Below are positions 12,107-24,039 of a stretch of 64,000 nt of DNA, in pieces; position 1 is the stretch's first letter; each line of letters starts with the position of its first letter. Source of the stretch: Squalus acanthias (lineage: Eukaryota). Below the pieces are notes generated by a model that was not told where the DNA came from, ran no database searches, and worked only from the letters and a program-made list of their open reading frames with translations. The position numbers and the translations under genes are program-made. The stretch spans positions 14,880,001 to 14,944,000 of the forward strand of contig CM059449.1 in assembly GCA_030390025.1 (NCBI GenBank). Direction: 5' to 3'.

Positions 12107-12445
12107 TAGTGAGTGTTGGGAACGTCACAGTTGTACAAAGTCCGGCATCCATTAACGTAACCGAGGGGCAGACAGCGGTTCTGTACTGTATGTACGAGGG
12201 GCTTTGGGGAATAGGCGCCTTCAGGTGGCACAGGAACGGTAAAGGCGGACCTGAACTGTCCAACAGTACAGCAGAATACAGAGGCCGGGTAATTGGGCCA
12301 AATAGGGAACAATTCGATGGAAAGACGGGCGCTTCGATTCAATTAGTGAATGTAACAGTGCGTGATTCGGCGACCTATTATTGCAAAGTGGAGTTTGCAA
12401 ACCCTGGTGAATATTACGGGCAAGGAACGACTCTTGTTGTGACAG
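12107..12445 (+). CDS. Gene A exon V4: NCR3-like Ig V-set domain
   Basis: Canonical AG/GT, 339 bp; differs from V3 at 3 nt. Confidence 0.9.
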
Positions 12446-13113
12446 GTGAGCATCTTACCTGCTGTTGAAAAGGCAGATGGGACCCGGATTAAGATCTCTT
12501 CTGAAAGATGATAAGGATGTGGTGATTGAAGCTTTGCATAAGGTAGAATAGAAATCCCAGCTTTTTCGCTACCAGTTTCAACCTGAGTTCAGAGAATGAA
12601 TCGCTCTTGAACCCATTTGATGTTAACCTTTCAGCATTTCAACCATATTACCAGTTTCCCAGCCTCACTCACCATTCCAACCAGCCCTTTGCTGTGTACT
12701 TACCCTCTGCACAGAGAAATGCTTCCTGGTGTCTGTCTTAAACTTTCCCTTCACTGCACTGAACCTGTTCGGGCAATTTAAATCTAACCTGCCCATTGTA
12801 AAACTCACGAGATCCGGTGCAACGCTGAACCCCGCCCGATTTTACTCTGCATTGAAGTCAATGGGGAAAATGGAGATGAATGTTGGTCGGGGTGATTCCC
12901 GCCCGGCGAATTAGGTTAAACTTACCTCTTCCTAATGTGTATAACGTTGGAATGACTCCAACCTCGTCCTGCATACTTACTGTCAGTAGAAGCACCTATT
13001 TTACTGTGATCCATTTGATATTTTAAAAATTCCTTGAAAGAAACATCGTAAATTATTTATTTTAAACGTAGATTGAAGGAAGCTTTTCAGTTGTTGAAGT
13101 AAATTTGAATACC

Positions 13114-13542
13114 GGGGGTAATTTTAAACGAAGTCGCTGGGTGGGAATGCCACGCGATCGAGTGGACCGCTGATTTAACACCGCGCCCAATATTAGGGGG
13201 GAATTTAGCCAACCCTGGGGAGGCGGGTATGGAGGCGAGACTGCCGGGAAAATGGCAGAAACTATGGGCTGGATTTTGTCTTGGGGTTGGGTTGGGGTCG
13301 TGTAATCCGCATTTCGTGGTTCCCCCCCGACTCCAGATTAATGTGGATGAATGATGCAATTTTCACTTAATTGGGCAATTGAGTTGGAGCATGTGGGAAC
13401 ATATGAACTAATTAGTGTTTTCAGTCTGAAAGTCGCCTCTGATGATGTCATCATTGCTGACTGCCTAGTCTCAGAGACTGTTGGTGAGAGAGGACCTGCC
13501 TGGCTTTTGATGTGAGTGGACCTGGATGCAAAAATGGGGGGT

Positions 13543-13583
<41 letters not shown>

Positions 13584-14880
13584 GCCAAGCAAGTCCTCCC
13601 AGGCAGTCTCTGAAGACATTCAATGCAGCATCAGAGGCGACGTTCAGACCTAATACTACTACTACTACCTTCATCACATCTCCGTTGTAATAGTGGACCT
13701 GCAGCCGATAGTCAGCTATCCACTTGTGCTCCCGCCAGGTTTCACTGGAGTGTTTCACACCAGGCGTGCTTCACGTCAGAAGAGGGTTAAACTAGCTACA
13801 GCATTTCAAAATGGCATTACAGAGCCAATTTAGAGCTTGTTAAGGGCATTAATGGCCTCTCCCGCCTCTTGGAGGCGGGACGGAGTCGGGAACCCCGTGA
13901 CTGATTTTGTCAAAATTGCATGGAGGCGGGATGGAGTCGGGATGGGGTCGGAAACCCCGACCCCGCAAATTTAACCCCCCACACGCCTCCAAACCCGACT
14001 CCATGGGTCATTCAAAATCCAGCCCTTGGAGTGGGTACTGAACCCGCTTCCAACCTGCCTCCATGCCAGCTTCCCGGGAGGCGGGTCCCCGACTCACACA
14101 GGGGCCCGTCTCCTCGAGGCGGGAAGGGGATTAGAGCTAATTAACTGCCTGTTAACATATAGTTATGAGGCTTATCCCCATTTTACCCCTGTATGTGCGG
14201 GCTTCCCGACGTCGGGAAACCCCGCCAGGGTCGGCGAGGTGAGCAGTGGGTCTGCGGAGGTGAGAGGGGTCGAAGTGTCTGCTGTAGCGGTGAGTGATGC
14301 GTGCAAGTGTGGACAGGTAAGTACGAGTGGTGAGTGTAAAGTGTTACAAAAAGTTTACTTACCTTTGCTTCTTCCTGCAGACTTCAACGCTTGGGGATCC
14401 GGAGGTGCCTCATCTCAATGGCAGAGATGACAGAATGGCGTCGGCATTCTCAAATGCAGCAGCCATCTGATTTCTGCTGAGGAAAGAGGTTTGGTGAGCC
14501 TTCAGTACAAAGGCTCACCTTAGAACAGAGATTGTCAATGTTTGACAGCTTCTCAAAGCTGTCAAACGCTGACAATTCATCTGTCAAAAGGTTTTGACAG
14601 ATGAAACGTCATACGCTGACGTCCTCTGTCACCGGCTTTCCCTTAATTGGCCGGTTAAGCCCGCCCTGCGGGAAAATAGTGTGAGTTGGCTGGACGTCGT
14701 TGGGGGCGGGACTGAAACCCGACAACCAGCAGTCCCGCCCACAACGCGCTCCCATTGATAAAATCCAGCCCTTACTCTCCATTGACTTCGAAAGTGAGCA
14801 AACTGGGGTGGGGTGTAAAACCAGCGTCGCACCCAATCCCGCCAGTATCCACACAGATGGGTTAGTTTAAAATTGCTTCG
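13114..14880. mobile_element. Cluster of nested MITE-like elements
   Basis: Outer ends ggggtaattttaaac / gtttaaaattgc; inner TIR gggctggatttt (13266) with aaaatccagccc (14014-14025 and 14760-14771); internal hairpin near 14531-14576; (GA)n near 13547-13578. Confidence 0.6.
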
Positions 14881-15145
14881 CATCCTAGACAGCATTTGAA
14901 AGAAGAATCTTGTGTTCCATTGAAATTTAATCGCCTCATTCTCTTTTAAAAGCTGATTGAATTATGATTTGATGAGTATAGAATTATTTAGAATACTCAG
15001 GTGTTTCTATCTAACTCTTGCGGGGACCGTGTATTATTTAATCCACCTAGTTATGACAGGTGGAGGCGGGGGGGGGGGGGGGGGGGGGGGGGGGTGGGGG
15101 GTGGGGGGCAGAAAGAAGAACACACTGACATCTGTTTTCTTACAG

Positions 15146-15262
15146 CAGTGAGGACGGGAAATCAAACGCAACTGCTGGTCCTGTATATAATAGCAGTGGC
15201 ATTTGTCGTGACGTTGTTCTCAGCGATCATCACTGTCATTTCCTGCCGAAACAAAACTAAAG
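15146..15262 (+). CDS. Gene A transmembrane exon (uncharged TM)
   Basis: ttttcttacAG acceptor, aaag|GTGGAT donor, phase 1-1; AVRTGNQTQ-LLVLYIIAVAFVVTLFSAIITVI-SCRNKTK. Confidence 0.85.
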
Positions 15263-16709
15263 GTGGATATCGTTTCTATATATAACCTCAAACCTTTCAC
15301 TGTACTCATCATATCAACTGCTTTTTCATCAAATATTATTTATTATTTACCAACATTTTTATGTTTTGAACCCCCCTACTCCCCCAACGCGGAAGTTTAT
15401 CAATCACAATCTGTGAAATTAAAGAAATCCGTTCCCTTGTGTTGGTGTGTGTTTTCATTTTGAAATTGATGCCACATTTCAATTCTCCCAATTTCCCCAT
15501 ATGTTCAAATAGGAAAGTGAAATCATCGAAGAGGATATATGAAGCTTATCACTCTTTACACAAACACCGTAACTGTTCACAATCCCAAATGCAATTCTCG
15601 TAATTTAAGAAAAATGGTTTGCATTCCACCCTTTTATTGTGACTTTGACTGTTAGTTATTTATTGTGAAAATATAAGCACGCCTGTGATATAACATGTTT
15701 GCAATTTCACTATAAACAATCAGCAAGAACCCGCCCATTATTTTACTTAATAATAATTTACTAATATTAAATCAAATATATTCAATTATTTTTAAATATA
15801 TATTCATTCTGTTATACTAATGAATTGCCTGCGGTGTTACACACGGGTAGTCAAGAACAAGTTTACTCTTCAGATAAAGTGGGGTTAGAAATGGACCAGA
15901 CATAAGATTTTGAACAATATATATTTCTGAAGTACAGTCTGAGGAACTGGGAGATACAAAACTGAGGCGTTACAGCGCCACCACTGATAGGACGGTGTCA
16001 TTTCAGCGGTACTAGTTTAGGTTCCCAGTTGTTTCCATAAACATGGACATATGGTTTCATCCACTATTTGTTAATATCTTAATTTTCTATTTGAAAAATC
16101 TTAATTTCTGTTTTCACATGTTTGTCACACTTTTGGGTCAACGTTTTCTAATTATAAACTCCTATTTCTACACGTTTAGAATGGTCTATGCACTTGTCAC
16201 ATTGCAATTCCATGCTTCCACCAGTGGTGGCCTGGTCACGCCTCAGTTCTGCGTCTCGCAGCGCCTCGCCTGTACTACAGAAAATTCCTATGCTCCAGTC
16301 AGCTCATCTCAGCTTCCCAAATTGTACTCATTTTTACTATTTAACTATAAGTACTAATATAAAATCAAAGTATATATGGGCAGATTGCATTACTGAATGC
16401 GATTGAATTATATTTCCAGGAACTGGCTCCAAATATTCTCCAGCCTTCTACACCCTTCACCTGAAGACTACACTTGCTCCGGACTGCCTATAAATATAAG
16501 CAGCTTACACACCAAACCTTACTTTTAGTATATAAATATAATATCTATTTTATAGATGTGTTTTTTTAAATTGTGTGATAATACCCAGTTGGATGTTAGA
16601 CTGGATGAGTTAGAATCATAAGAGGGCGAGCCTGGAAGTACTGAGTGGCGATTCCCGGTCACTGATCTTTCTAACATTCTACTTTTCCTCCCCTCTACAC
16701 CTCATACAG

Positions 16710-16750
16710 ATAAAGGTGACCAAGGACCTCGGTGCAGAGTTGACAATCAG
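16710..16750 (+). CDS. Gene A cytoplasmic micro-exon (DKGDQGPRCRVDNQ)
   Basis: Pyrimidine tract + catacAG, cag|GTACCT; phase 1 to 0, which exactly bridges the TM exon to the ITIM exon. Confidence 0.7.
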
Positions 16751-18019
16751 GTACCTGACACCGCAAAATGAGCATGCATGAGCATATGTCCTTGAACACA
16801 ATGATACCTGTTGGATGCTGGTTTTTATTTATGCTTAGATTTTTTTTAATCGATTCCTCAAAATCGAAAAGCTTCTTGAGACGTCGAGGTCAAGCGTTCA
16901 TAGATTTATTGAGCATACAGTACATGTAAGATTACTTAAACATACACTTAAAAGATAATGCTTACAACCACACATGATGGTTGGGGATTCAAACGCAATA
17001 GAACTCTGAGCTCAGTATTTTAGTTTGATCAAACTCTTTCTAGTTCCAATGCTCATTACAAACAGTCACTTTTTTAATATGCTTCTCTCACCCGAACACC
17101 ATGATTCTACCAAAAATGCAACTCCATATAAGATGAATCTAATTGACCTATATGGGGATAATGCAGGAAAGTGGAGTTGAGGTAGAAGATCAGCCATGAT
17201 CCTATTCAATGGCGGAGCAGGCTCGAAGGGCCGGATGGCCGACTCCTGCTCCTAATTCTTATGTTCTTATGTTCTTATCAACACCATCAATTAATAAATT
17301 GGTGTCCTTATAACATGCTATTTTTTATTGGGCTAACGAAATCAGTATAACTTTTACAGCTCATTATCTTATCAATAATTGGTCTCTTGTTACATATAAT
17401 TGCCATTTCAACAAGCGAAACGACTAATTATAAGTTTTGTCTTTTACTCTGTGCCATTCGGCAGCAGTTAATTCCCTCATGCTGCACAACCCCGAATTAA
17501 AAACGATAATATTTACTCAGATGTTTTCCTTTTTCAGACTAACTGTTGTCTTTGCATCCATGTCATTGATTAGAGCTTCTTGAAACTGATGAACCAATGT
17601 GCAATGGCACGTCCTTAATTAAGATTCCTCATTAAGAAGATGGTTACTTCAGATTAAAACCTACCAGTGCCTTAGGGTCAGTCTCAGTTCAAACGTGCAG
17701 TGGTCACGACTGTAAAATTGTTTAGTTAACAAACAAAGGCCAAAAGCTAATATTGCTACAATACATAAATAATCAACAGCAGTATTTCATTAGCAGACTT
17801 CAAGTCAATCTGAATAAACCTTTTCCATTCAATGGCCTTCTGAAATAATTTACCGTTACAATCTTGTTTTCAATTACAAAACTGTATGTGCCAATTTCTT
17901 TCAAATTTTGACCACAGCAGTTTAATTTGGTTGCATTTCAGGCTTCAATCAAAATACAGAATCATCTATAGTTTTTTTGAAATCTTTCTTTATTCATTTC
18001 TGCATGCCTGTTGGGTTTA

Positions 18020-18513
18020 GAACATAAGAACATAAGAAAGAGGAGCAGGAGTAGGCTATTCGGCCCCTCGAGCCTGCTCCGCCATTCAGTAAGATTATTG
18101 CTGATCTGATCTTGGCCTCAACTCCACTTTCCTGCCTGTTCCCCACAACCCTTGACTCCCCTGTAGATTAAATATCTGTCTATCTCCGCCTTGAATATAT
18201 TCACTGATTCAGCCTCCACAGCTCTCTGGGGTAGAGAATTCCAAAGATTCATGACCCTCTGAGCGAAAGAATTCCTCCTCATCTTCGTGTTAAATGGGCG
18301 ACCCCTTATTCTGAAACTATGCCCCCTAGTTCTAGATTCCCCCACGAGGGGAAACATCCTCTTAGCATCTACCCTGTCAGGCCCCCTCAGAATCTTATAT
18401 GTTTCAATAAGATCACCTCTCATACTTCTAAACTCCAACGAGTATAGGCCCAACCTGCTCAACCTTTCCTCATAAGACAATCCTTTTATCTCGGGAATCA
18501 GCCTAGTGAATCT
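18020..18513 (-). mobile_element. CR1 LINE 3' fragment
   Basis: Minus ORF SYEERLSRLGLYSLE...RGHSFRIRGRPF; (gaacataa)n tail. Confidence 0.85.
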
Positions 18514-19355
18514 GAAGGGTCATGGTTCTAGAGGTGCCAGTTGTCCATCGGCACCGTGCACTAGTGTTGACTCGTTAGATGTGAGCCTAGAGAGTGAGCG
18601 TCGTCGGGTTTCAGAGCTGTAATGGACATCAGAGCGAAGCCCTTTCTTGTCCTGACTGCAGTTGCACTTTGCAACAGGCATCCGATAGCGATGAAGTCTA
18701 CTATGGCTGATTTCTCACCTCCCTAGCCAAGGGTTACTAAGATGAATTGCAGCACCCGTTCTGCTACCCCCACAGACCTCAGCTAAAAGAACAGATCAAT
18801 GATCAAAGCCCAGGGTCTTTTTAGTTTCTGTCATTCCCAACTAAATCTAAGAAATGCATTTGTAACACCAGAAATACATAGATATTAAATGTTATTATTA
18901 ATAGCAATAATTCTGATAATCAATTCAATCCTGTGTTATTTATATGGAATGCTGAGCATATTATTGTCGTATTATATATTTTAATGACGCTAAGAAACTG
19001 AAAGAAGACTAGTAAATTGCCCATGACGCCGCCCACAGTCAATAGATGAACATATTTCTTACATACAAGATAGAGATCGAGTTCACTTAGTAATCAGCGC
19101 TGGGAACTACACCATTACACGCAACTGTTTAAGTGTAGGATGTTCATTTTAAAGTTTCAATGCTGCATTTGACAGAAAAGTCTGAGGATTAACTGTGACA
19201 AAGGAAGTTGGGCATGAAATGCGCCTATTCACAATAAATATCTCTATTACATGAATACATATTTATAATGTTTTTCGACTAAAACAAATACAACAACATT
19301 TTTATTATCTTGAAATTAATATATTTATTAATGCCTTTTATTTCTCTTGAAACAG

Positions 19356-19475
19356 ACAAATGAAGCAGAGAAAGTACAATATTCTGCATTGATCTTCAAT
19401 GAAAGAAAGGGAAGACCCCGTTCATCTAAAGATGACGAAAACGTTGCCTATAGTTTGGTGGAATTACAGCATTGA
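19356..19475 (+). CDS. Gene A terminal exon with two ITIMs
   Basis: tttctcttgaaacAG acceptor; TNEAEK-VQYSAL-IFNERKGRPRSSKDDEN-VAYSLV-ELQH-stop (TGA 19473-19475); candidate AATAAA at 19756-19761. Confidence 0.85.
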   Translation, partial: TNEAEKVQYSALIFNERKGRPRSSKDDENVAYSLVELQH

Positions 19476-19555
19476 TCATCAAGTCATTTAGCGTGTTAGC
19501 CTCCAGCATTATACGTATTGCACGTTATGGAGGCATGCAACTGAAACTGCCTATG

Positions 19556-19628
19556 ATCTATCTATCTATCTATCTATCAATCTATCTATCTATCTATCTA
19601 TCGATCTATCGATCTATCGATCTATCTA
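19556..19628. repeat. (TATC)n microsatellite in the putative 3' UTR of gene A
   Basis: Direct reading. Confidence 0.9.
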
Positions 19629-20688
19629 CCAATATCTTTCGAAAATAACTTGCTTTCCAGTTAACTGAAACTTTCTGATAGAAACCAAAGGAATTGTTAC
19701 CTGACTGTAAATTTCCCAGTGCTCTAGTTATAAGGTGTAAACAGGTTATCTTGCAAATAAAGATTCGAAAATATTGACATTTTCCCTGGTTGCTGTGTGA
19801 TAGTGACATTTGAAACATCTGAGGAAGAATTCATTGTGTCCTTCCTCGCGAAATCTACAAATTCCCTAGAAACTGTAGCCTAGGGAAACCTTCCATTACT
19901 TTTAGGATGTCGCTAACAAAGTGCCCAGAAGGAATACCCCACTCCTAGTTTCATAGCATTGGCCAAAGAATGTGTTACAATGTTTGCACAGCAGAGTAAA
20001 TTACTTGAACTCTGCAGAAGCCGGCTATACAATAACTAACATCACAATTAGAAGGGTCATGTGTAACATTTTTCAGTATTTAATCAAAAAATAATGCACC
20101 ATTCAACTGTCTCTTGTAAGGAACAAAGCAGAATCTATTTCAAGTGCCGTAAACCGATGCAGGTAAATAGAATTGTGAAAGGTTTATCAGACAGTTGCAA
20201 ATAGCTTATATATTGATTTTAGTTGATCAGCTTACGCATACATTAGTTCTGAAGTTAACTTGTACTTGCGACCTGGCAGTTAAAAAGCATCCTTGCCAAT
20301 ATGTTTAGGCACAATATATTTATGTTTTACTGAAAATGTGCCCGTCTAACATATGCTGCCTCAATAACAAAAACAGTTTTAGCAGGCGTCGACAATCCAT
20401 CCTGCACTATCATGACAAATAATTCAGGAGGCAAAACATCCTATTGTGTAGTTAAATCGCAGCATTCAGTAGCTGTAGTGTTAGAGATCATGATCAAGAG
20501 TTAGTAAGGGAATCCATCTTGTACATTCCTTTAGAATCAAGTTTCATTTTCTGTTAAGCTCTACAGTTAAACGTCTCAGACTGAAAGAGTGCCAGTATAT
20601 CTGCCAATGTAGTTAACAGTGCCAGTACAGTGGTCAAAAGAGGCTTGCATATAGGTTAGGAGACCCATTGTTCACATTCCACACACAC

Positions 20689-21597
20689 TCCACAGTCTCT
20701 AAATTGTCAGACTGCTTGTCCGACATTCAGTTCTGGATGAGCAGAAATTTTCTCCAATTAAATATTGGGAAGACCGAAGTCATTGTTTTCAGTCCCCGCC
20801 ACAAACTCCGTTCCCTAGCCGCTGACTCCATCCCTCTCCCCAACATCTGTCTGAGGCTGAACCACACTGTTTGCAACCTTGGTGTCATATTTGACCCTGG
20901 AATGAGCTTCCGACCACATATCCGCAGCATAACTAAGAACGCCTATTTCCACCTCCGTAACATCGCCCGTCTCCACCCTTGGCTCAGCTCATCAGCTGCT
21001 GAAACCCTCATCCATGCCTCTAGACTTGACTATTCCAACGCACTCCTAGCCGGCCTCCCACATTCTACCCTATGTAAACTTGAGGTGATCCAAAACTCTG
21101 CTGCCCGTGTCCTAACTCGCACAATGTCCCGTTCACCCATCACCCTTGTGCTCGCTGACCTACATTGGCTCCCGGTTAAGCAACGCCTCGATTTGCAAAT
21201 TCTCATCCTTGTTTACAAATTCCTCCATGTCCTCGCCCCTCCCTATCTCTGTAATCTCCTTCAGCCCCACAACCCCCCGAGATATCTACGCTCCTCTAAT
21301 TCCGCCCTCTTGAGCATCCCTGATTATAATCGCTCAACCATTGGTGGCCGTGCCTTCTGTTGCCTGGGGCCTAAGCTCTGGGATTCCCTGCCTAAGCCTC
21401 TCCGCCTCTCTACCTCTCTTTTTCCTCCTTTAAGACGCTCCTTAAAACCTACCTCTTTGACCAAGCTTTTGATCACCTGCCCTAATTTCTCCTTATGTGG
21501 CTCGGTGTCAATTTTTTTGTCTTATAATACACCTGTGCAGCGCCTTGGGAGGTATTACTATGTTAAAGGTGCTATATAAATACAAGTTGTTGTTGAT
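20689..21597 (+). mobile_element. L2-type LINE 3' fragment
   Basis: WMSRNFLQLNIGKTE, SRLDYSNALLAGLP, IQNSAARVL, LHWLPV; 3' end aaggtgctatataaatacaagttgttgttg. Confidence 0.85.
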
Positions 21598-22516
21598 TTA
21601 GATATTAGGTTACCTGTAACTAACCATAGCCATACATTTTATGCCTTGCTTACCCGAAACACCAGTGTGTTATTCTTGGGACCACCGGCGTCAGAAAGAA
21701 AGCTTTGAGTTATAGAGGTTTAGGGAGGTAGGAACATCTTGATACACATTGATACGGACTGGTACCCAAAGCGGGTAAAGGATTATGGAATGCAGATGCC
21801 AATGGATTAGTGCAGCTGGAAACAGTGTAAATGGGGTGAGATTGAAGCCACATGTTAGAAGAAGGAACAAAAGGAGAAGAGCGAGGAGAGAAGGTCGAAC
21901 TCAAGCGGTTGTGACGTGCATTATTCTGCGGCAAAACGCCTTCTGTAATTTCGGTGCTGGTTATGGCAAATATGTTCACTTCATGTTTAATAAACGAGCA
22001 AACGGTTCAACTCCGCGTCTGGAGCTTATCCTTGGCACATAGACACAGGACTGCTGTGTTTCCCTATATTACTACAAAAATACACATCTTAGCAGCAGGA
22101 TTCAGCTGCTCACAAACCTTATTTTAAAATGTGATTGACAAACTTTATATCGTTTAACACAGGGTTGTACGTTGAGAGAAATTGTGGTATGTCGATTAGA
22201 ATTATTGGAGCAACTTGTATCGCTGATACAGGTGCATCTATAAATATTGACACATACCAAGTGACCTCCCTGTAAATAGTAACACACTGTTAGGGACCCC
22301 TGCAAATACTATTACTGGATAGAGTATTGTTGTATTGAGATACCATACTATACGGTCGTACTTCTCTCAAAACCCTCAACCTGCAGAAACCAAAGGGTTA
22401 ATTTTAACATTGGACAATAATGTAAAATGGCCAATGCTGAATTGGCCGGCCATTATACACAGTACGGACTTTCCTTAGTAAGCATATATTGAGCGGCCAA
22501 TTCGATATCACCCATT

Positions 22517-23041
22517 GCACAAGTCAGGAGTGTGATGGAATACTCTCCACTTTGCCTGGATGAGTGCAGCTCCAACAACACTCAAGAAGCTCGACATCAT
22601 CCAGGACAAAGCAGCCCGCTTGATTGGCACCCCATCCACCACATTAAACATTCACTCCCTCCAGCACCGGCGTACCATGGCTGCAGTGTGTACCATCTAC
22701 AAGATGCTGTGCAGCAACTCGTCAAGGCTCCACCGCCGCACCTCCCAAAACTCTTCCACCTAGAAGGAAAAGGGCAGTAGGCACATGGGAACACCAGCAC
22801 CTCCAAGTTCCCCTCCAAGTCACAGGCCATCCTGACTTGGAAGTATATTGCTGTTCCTTCATCGTTGCTGGGTCAAAATCCTGGAACTCCCTCCCTAACA
22901 GCACTGTGGGAGTACCTTCACCACACGGACTGCAGCGGTTCAAGAAGGCGGCTCACCACCACCTTCTCAAGGGAAGTTAGGGATGGGCAATAAATGCTGG
23001 CCTTGTCAGCAACACCCAGATCCCATGAAGGAATAAAAAAA
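22517..23041 (+). mobile_element. 3' fragment of a second non-LTR family (same as 53484-55612)
   Basis: MEYSPL / TLKKLDIIQDKAARLIG; 3' end caccaccttctcaaggg..gatgggcaataaatgctggcc..aataaaaaa. Confidence 0.8.
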
Positions 23042-24039
23042 GCACTACCGCGTAGAGTTAAAATTGCCCCCCAACATTCATCGCACCATCGTTTACACTA
23101 ACGCATCCTTTTCCAGGCCCATAAAAAGGGGGAAACTCTTTACCTCTAGCAGCTTTCTCTTTCTCCTACTATCTAAGGCTGTACTAGCTGAAGGCTGACG
23201 CTAGATAATGGCTTAATAACAGACACTTGGGCTGGGGTTGATGGTGGTTGAGGCGTGATGATCAGAGATGAGGCAAATGTTCTCAATGAGGACTGGGTTA
23301 CCCATTGTGCAACTCTTCTTAATCAGGTGAAGATTATTGATGTGGGTGAGATTTGGCAGACATCCCCATGAATGCATTAATCCTACTGACCAGTTCGACT
23401 AATAACCACCAGCTTGAATAGCGAGATAATGGAACTTTTTAAACAGAGGGGGAAAGTAATGCAAGCTACTTTATGAAGTATGAAAATGTGGCGACAGCAG
23501 GACTGTCTGTTACTACAATGGATCTATGCCAGTAGGAACTTAATTTCATTCTGACCATTTATCAGAATCATGAGAAGATTCGGGGTAATTCTAACTTTGG
23601 CTGATAGTGTAAAATGAGCGACAGCCTCAAATCAATGGAAGGGGAAACCAGGCGGGGCAGCCAATTTGATATCGCCCATTTTACACTATCGCCCAAAGTT
23701 AACATGACCCCCAACGGGAGAAAGGTACGGAGACTGGAGAGGGGTAAAATTCAACATTGGCATGGGTGCAAACCCGGTGCCTGTATTGCGCCCATGCTGA
23801 AGTTGAATTCACCATGCAGTCCCCCGTCTTCCCAGGTACCCTAACAAATATAACGCATGTTTTGGGTCGGGCATTCGCTGATAGGTATGGTCAGATGATG
23901 GAATTTCTTGAGGTTTTTGGAAGCACAGTGTTGTCTAGTCTTTTTCTGCAGAAAAACTTATACACTGCCTTTGCCAATTGGCTTGATTCTATGCCTTGGC
24001 GAAAACTGAAAAATTCTGCAGAAAGCGGGGTTACATAAG

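Larger units (their letters stand above)
6470..13128 (+). repeat. Tandem array of four about 1.05-kb units (V exon + downstream intron)
   Basis: V3-to-V4 spacing is 1049 bp; units 1 and 2 are lengthened by a MITE and a CR1 insertion; intron blocks recur four times. Confidence 0.95.

Noticed and set aside
6522-12445. V exons as rearranging TCR/Ig V segments
   Set aside because: Each exon already includes the J-like YGQGTTLVV strand and ends in a splice donor; no heptamer/nonamer RSS or C domain was seen
6522-12445. Four separate single-domain genes
   Set aside because: No leader or TM exon was found within the about 710-bp inter-V introns; only one TM exon follows the array
16420-16493. Possible alternative terminal exon of gene A (GTGSKYSPAFYTLHLKTTLAPDCL*)
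   Set aside because: Phase-compatible, but the acceptor is modest and there is no motif or other support
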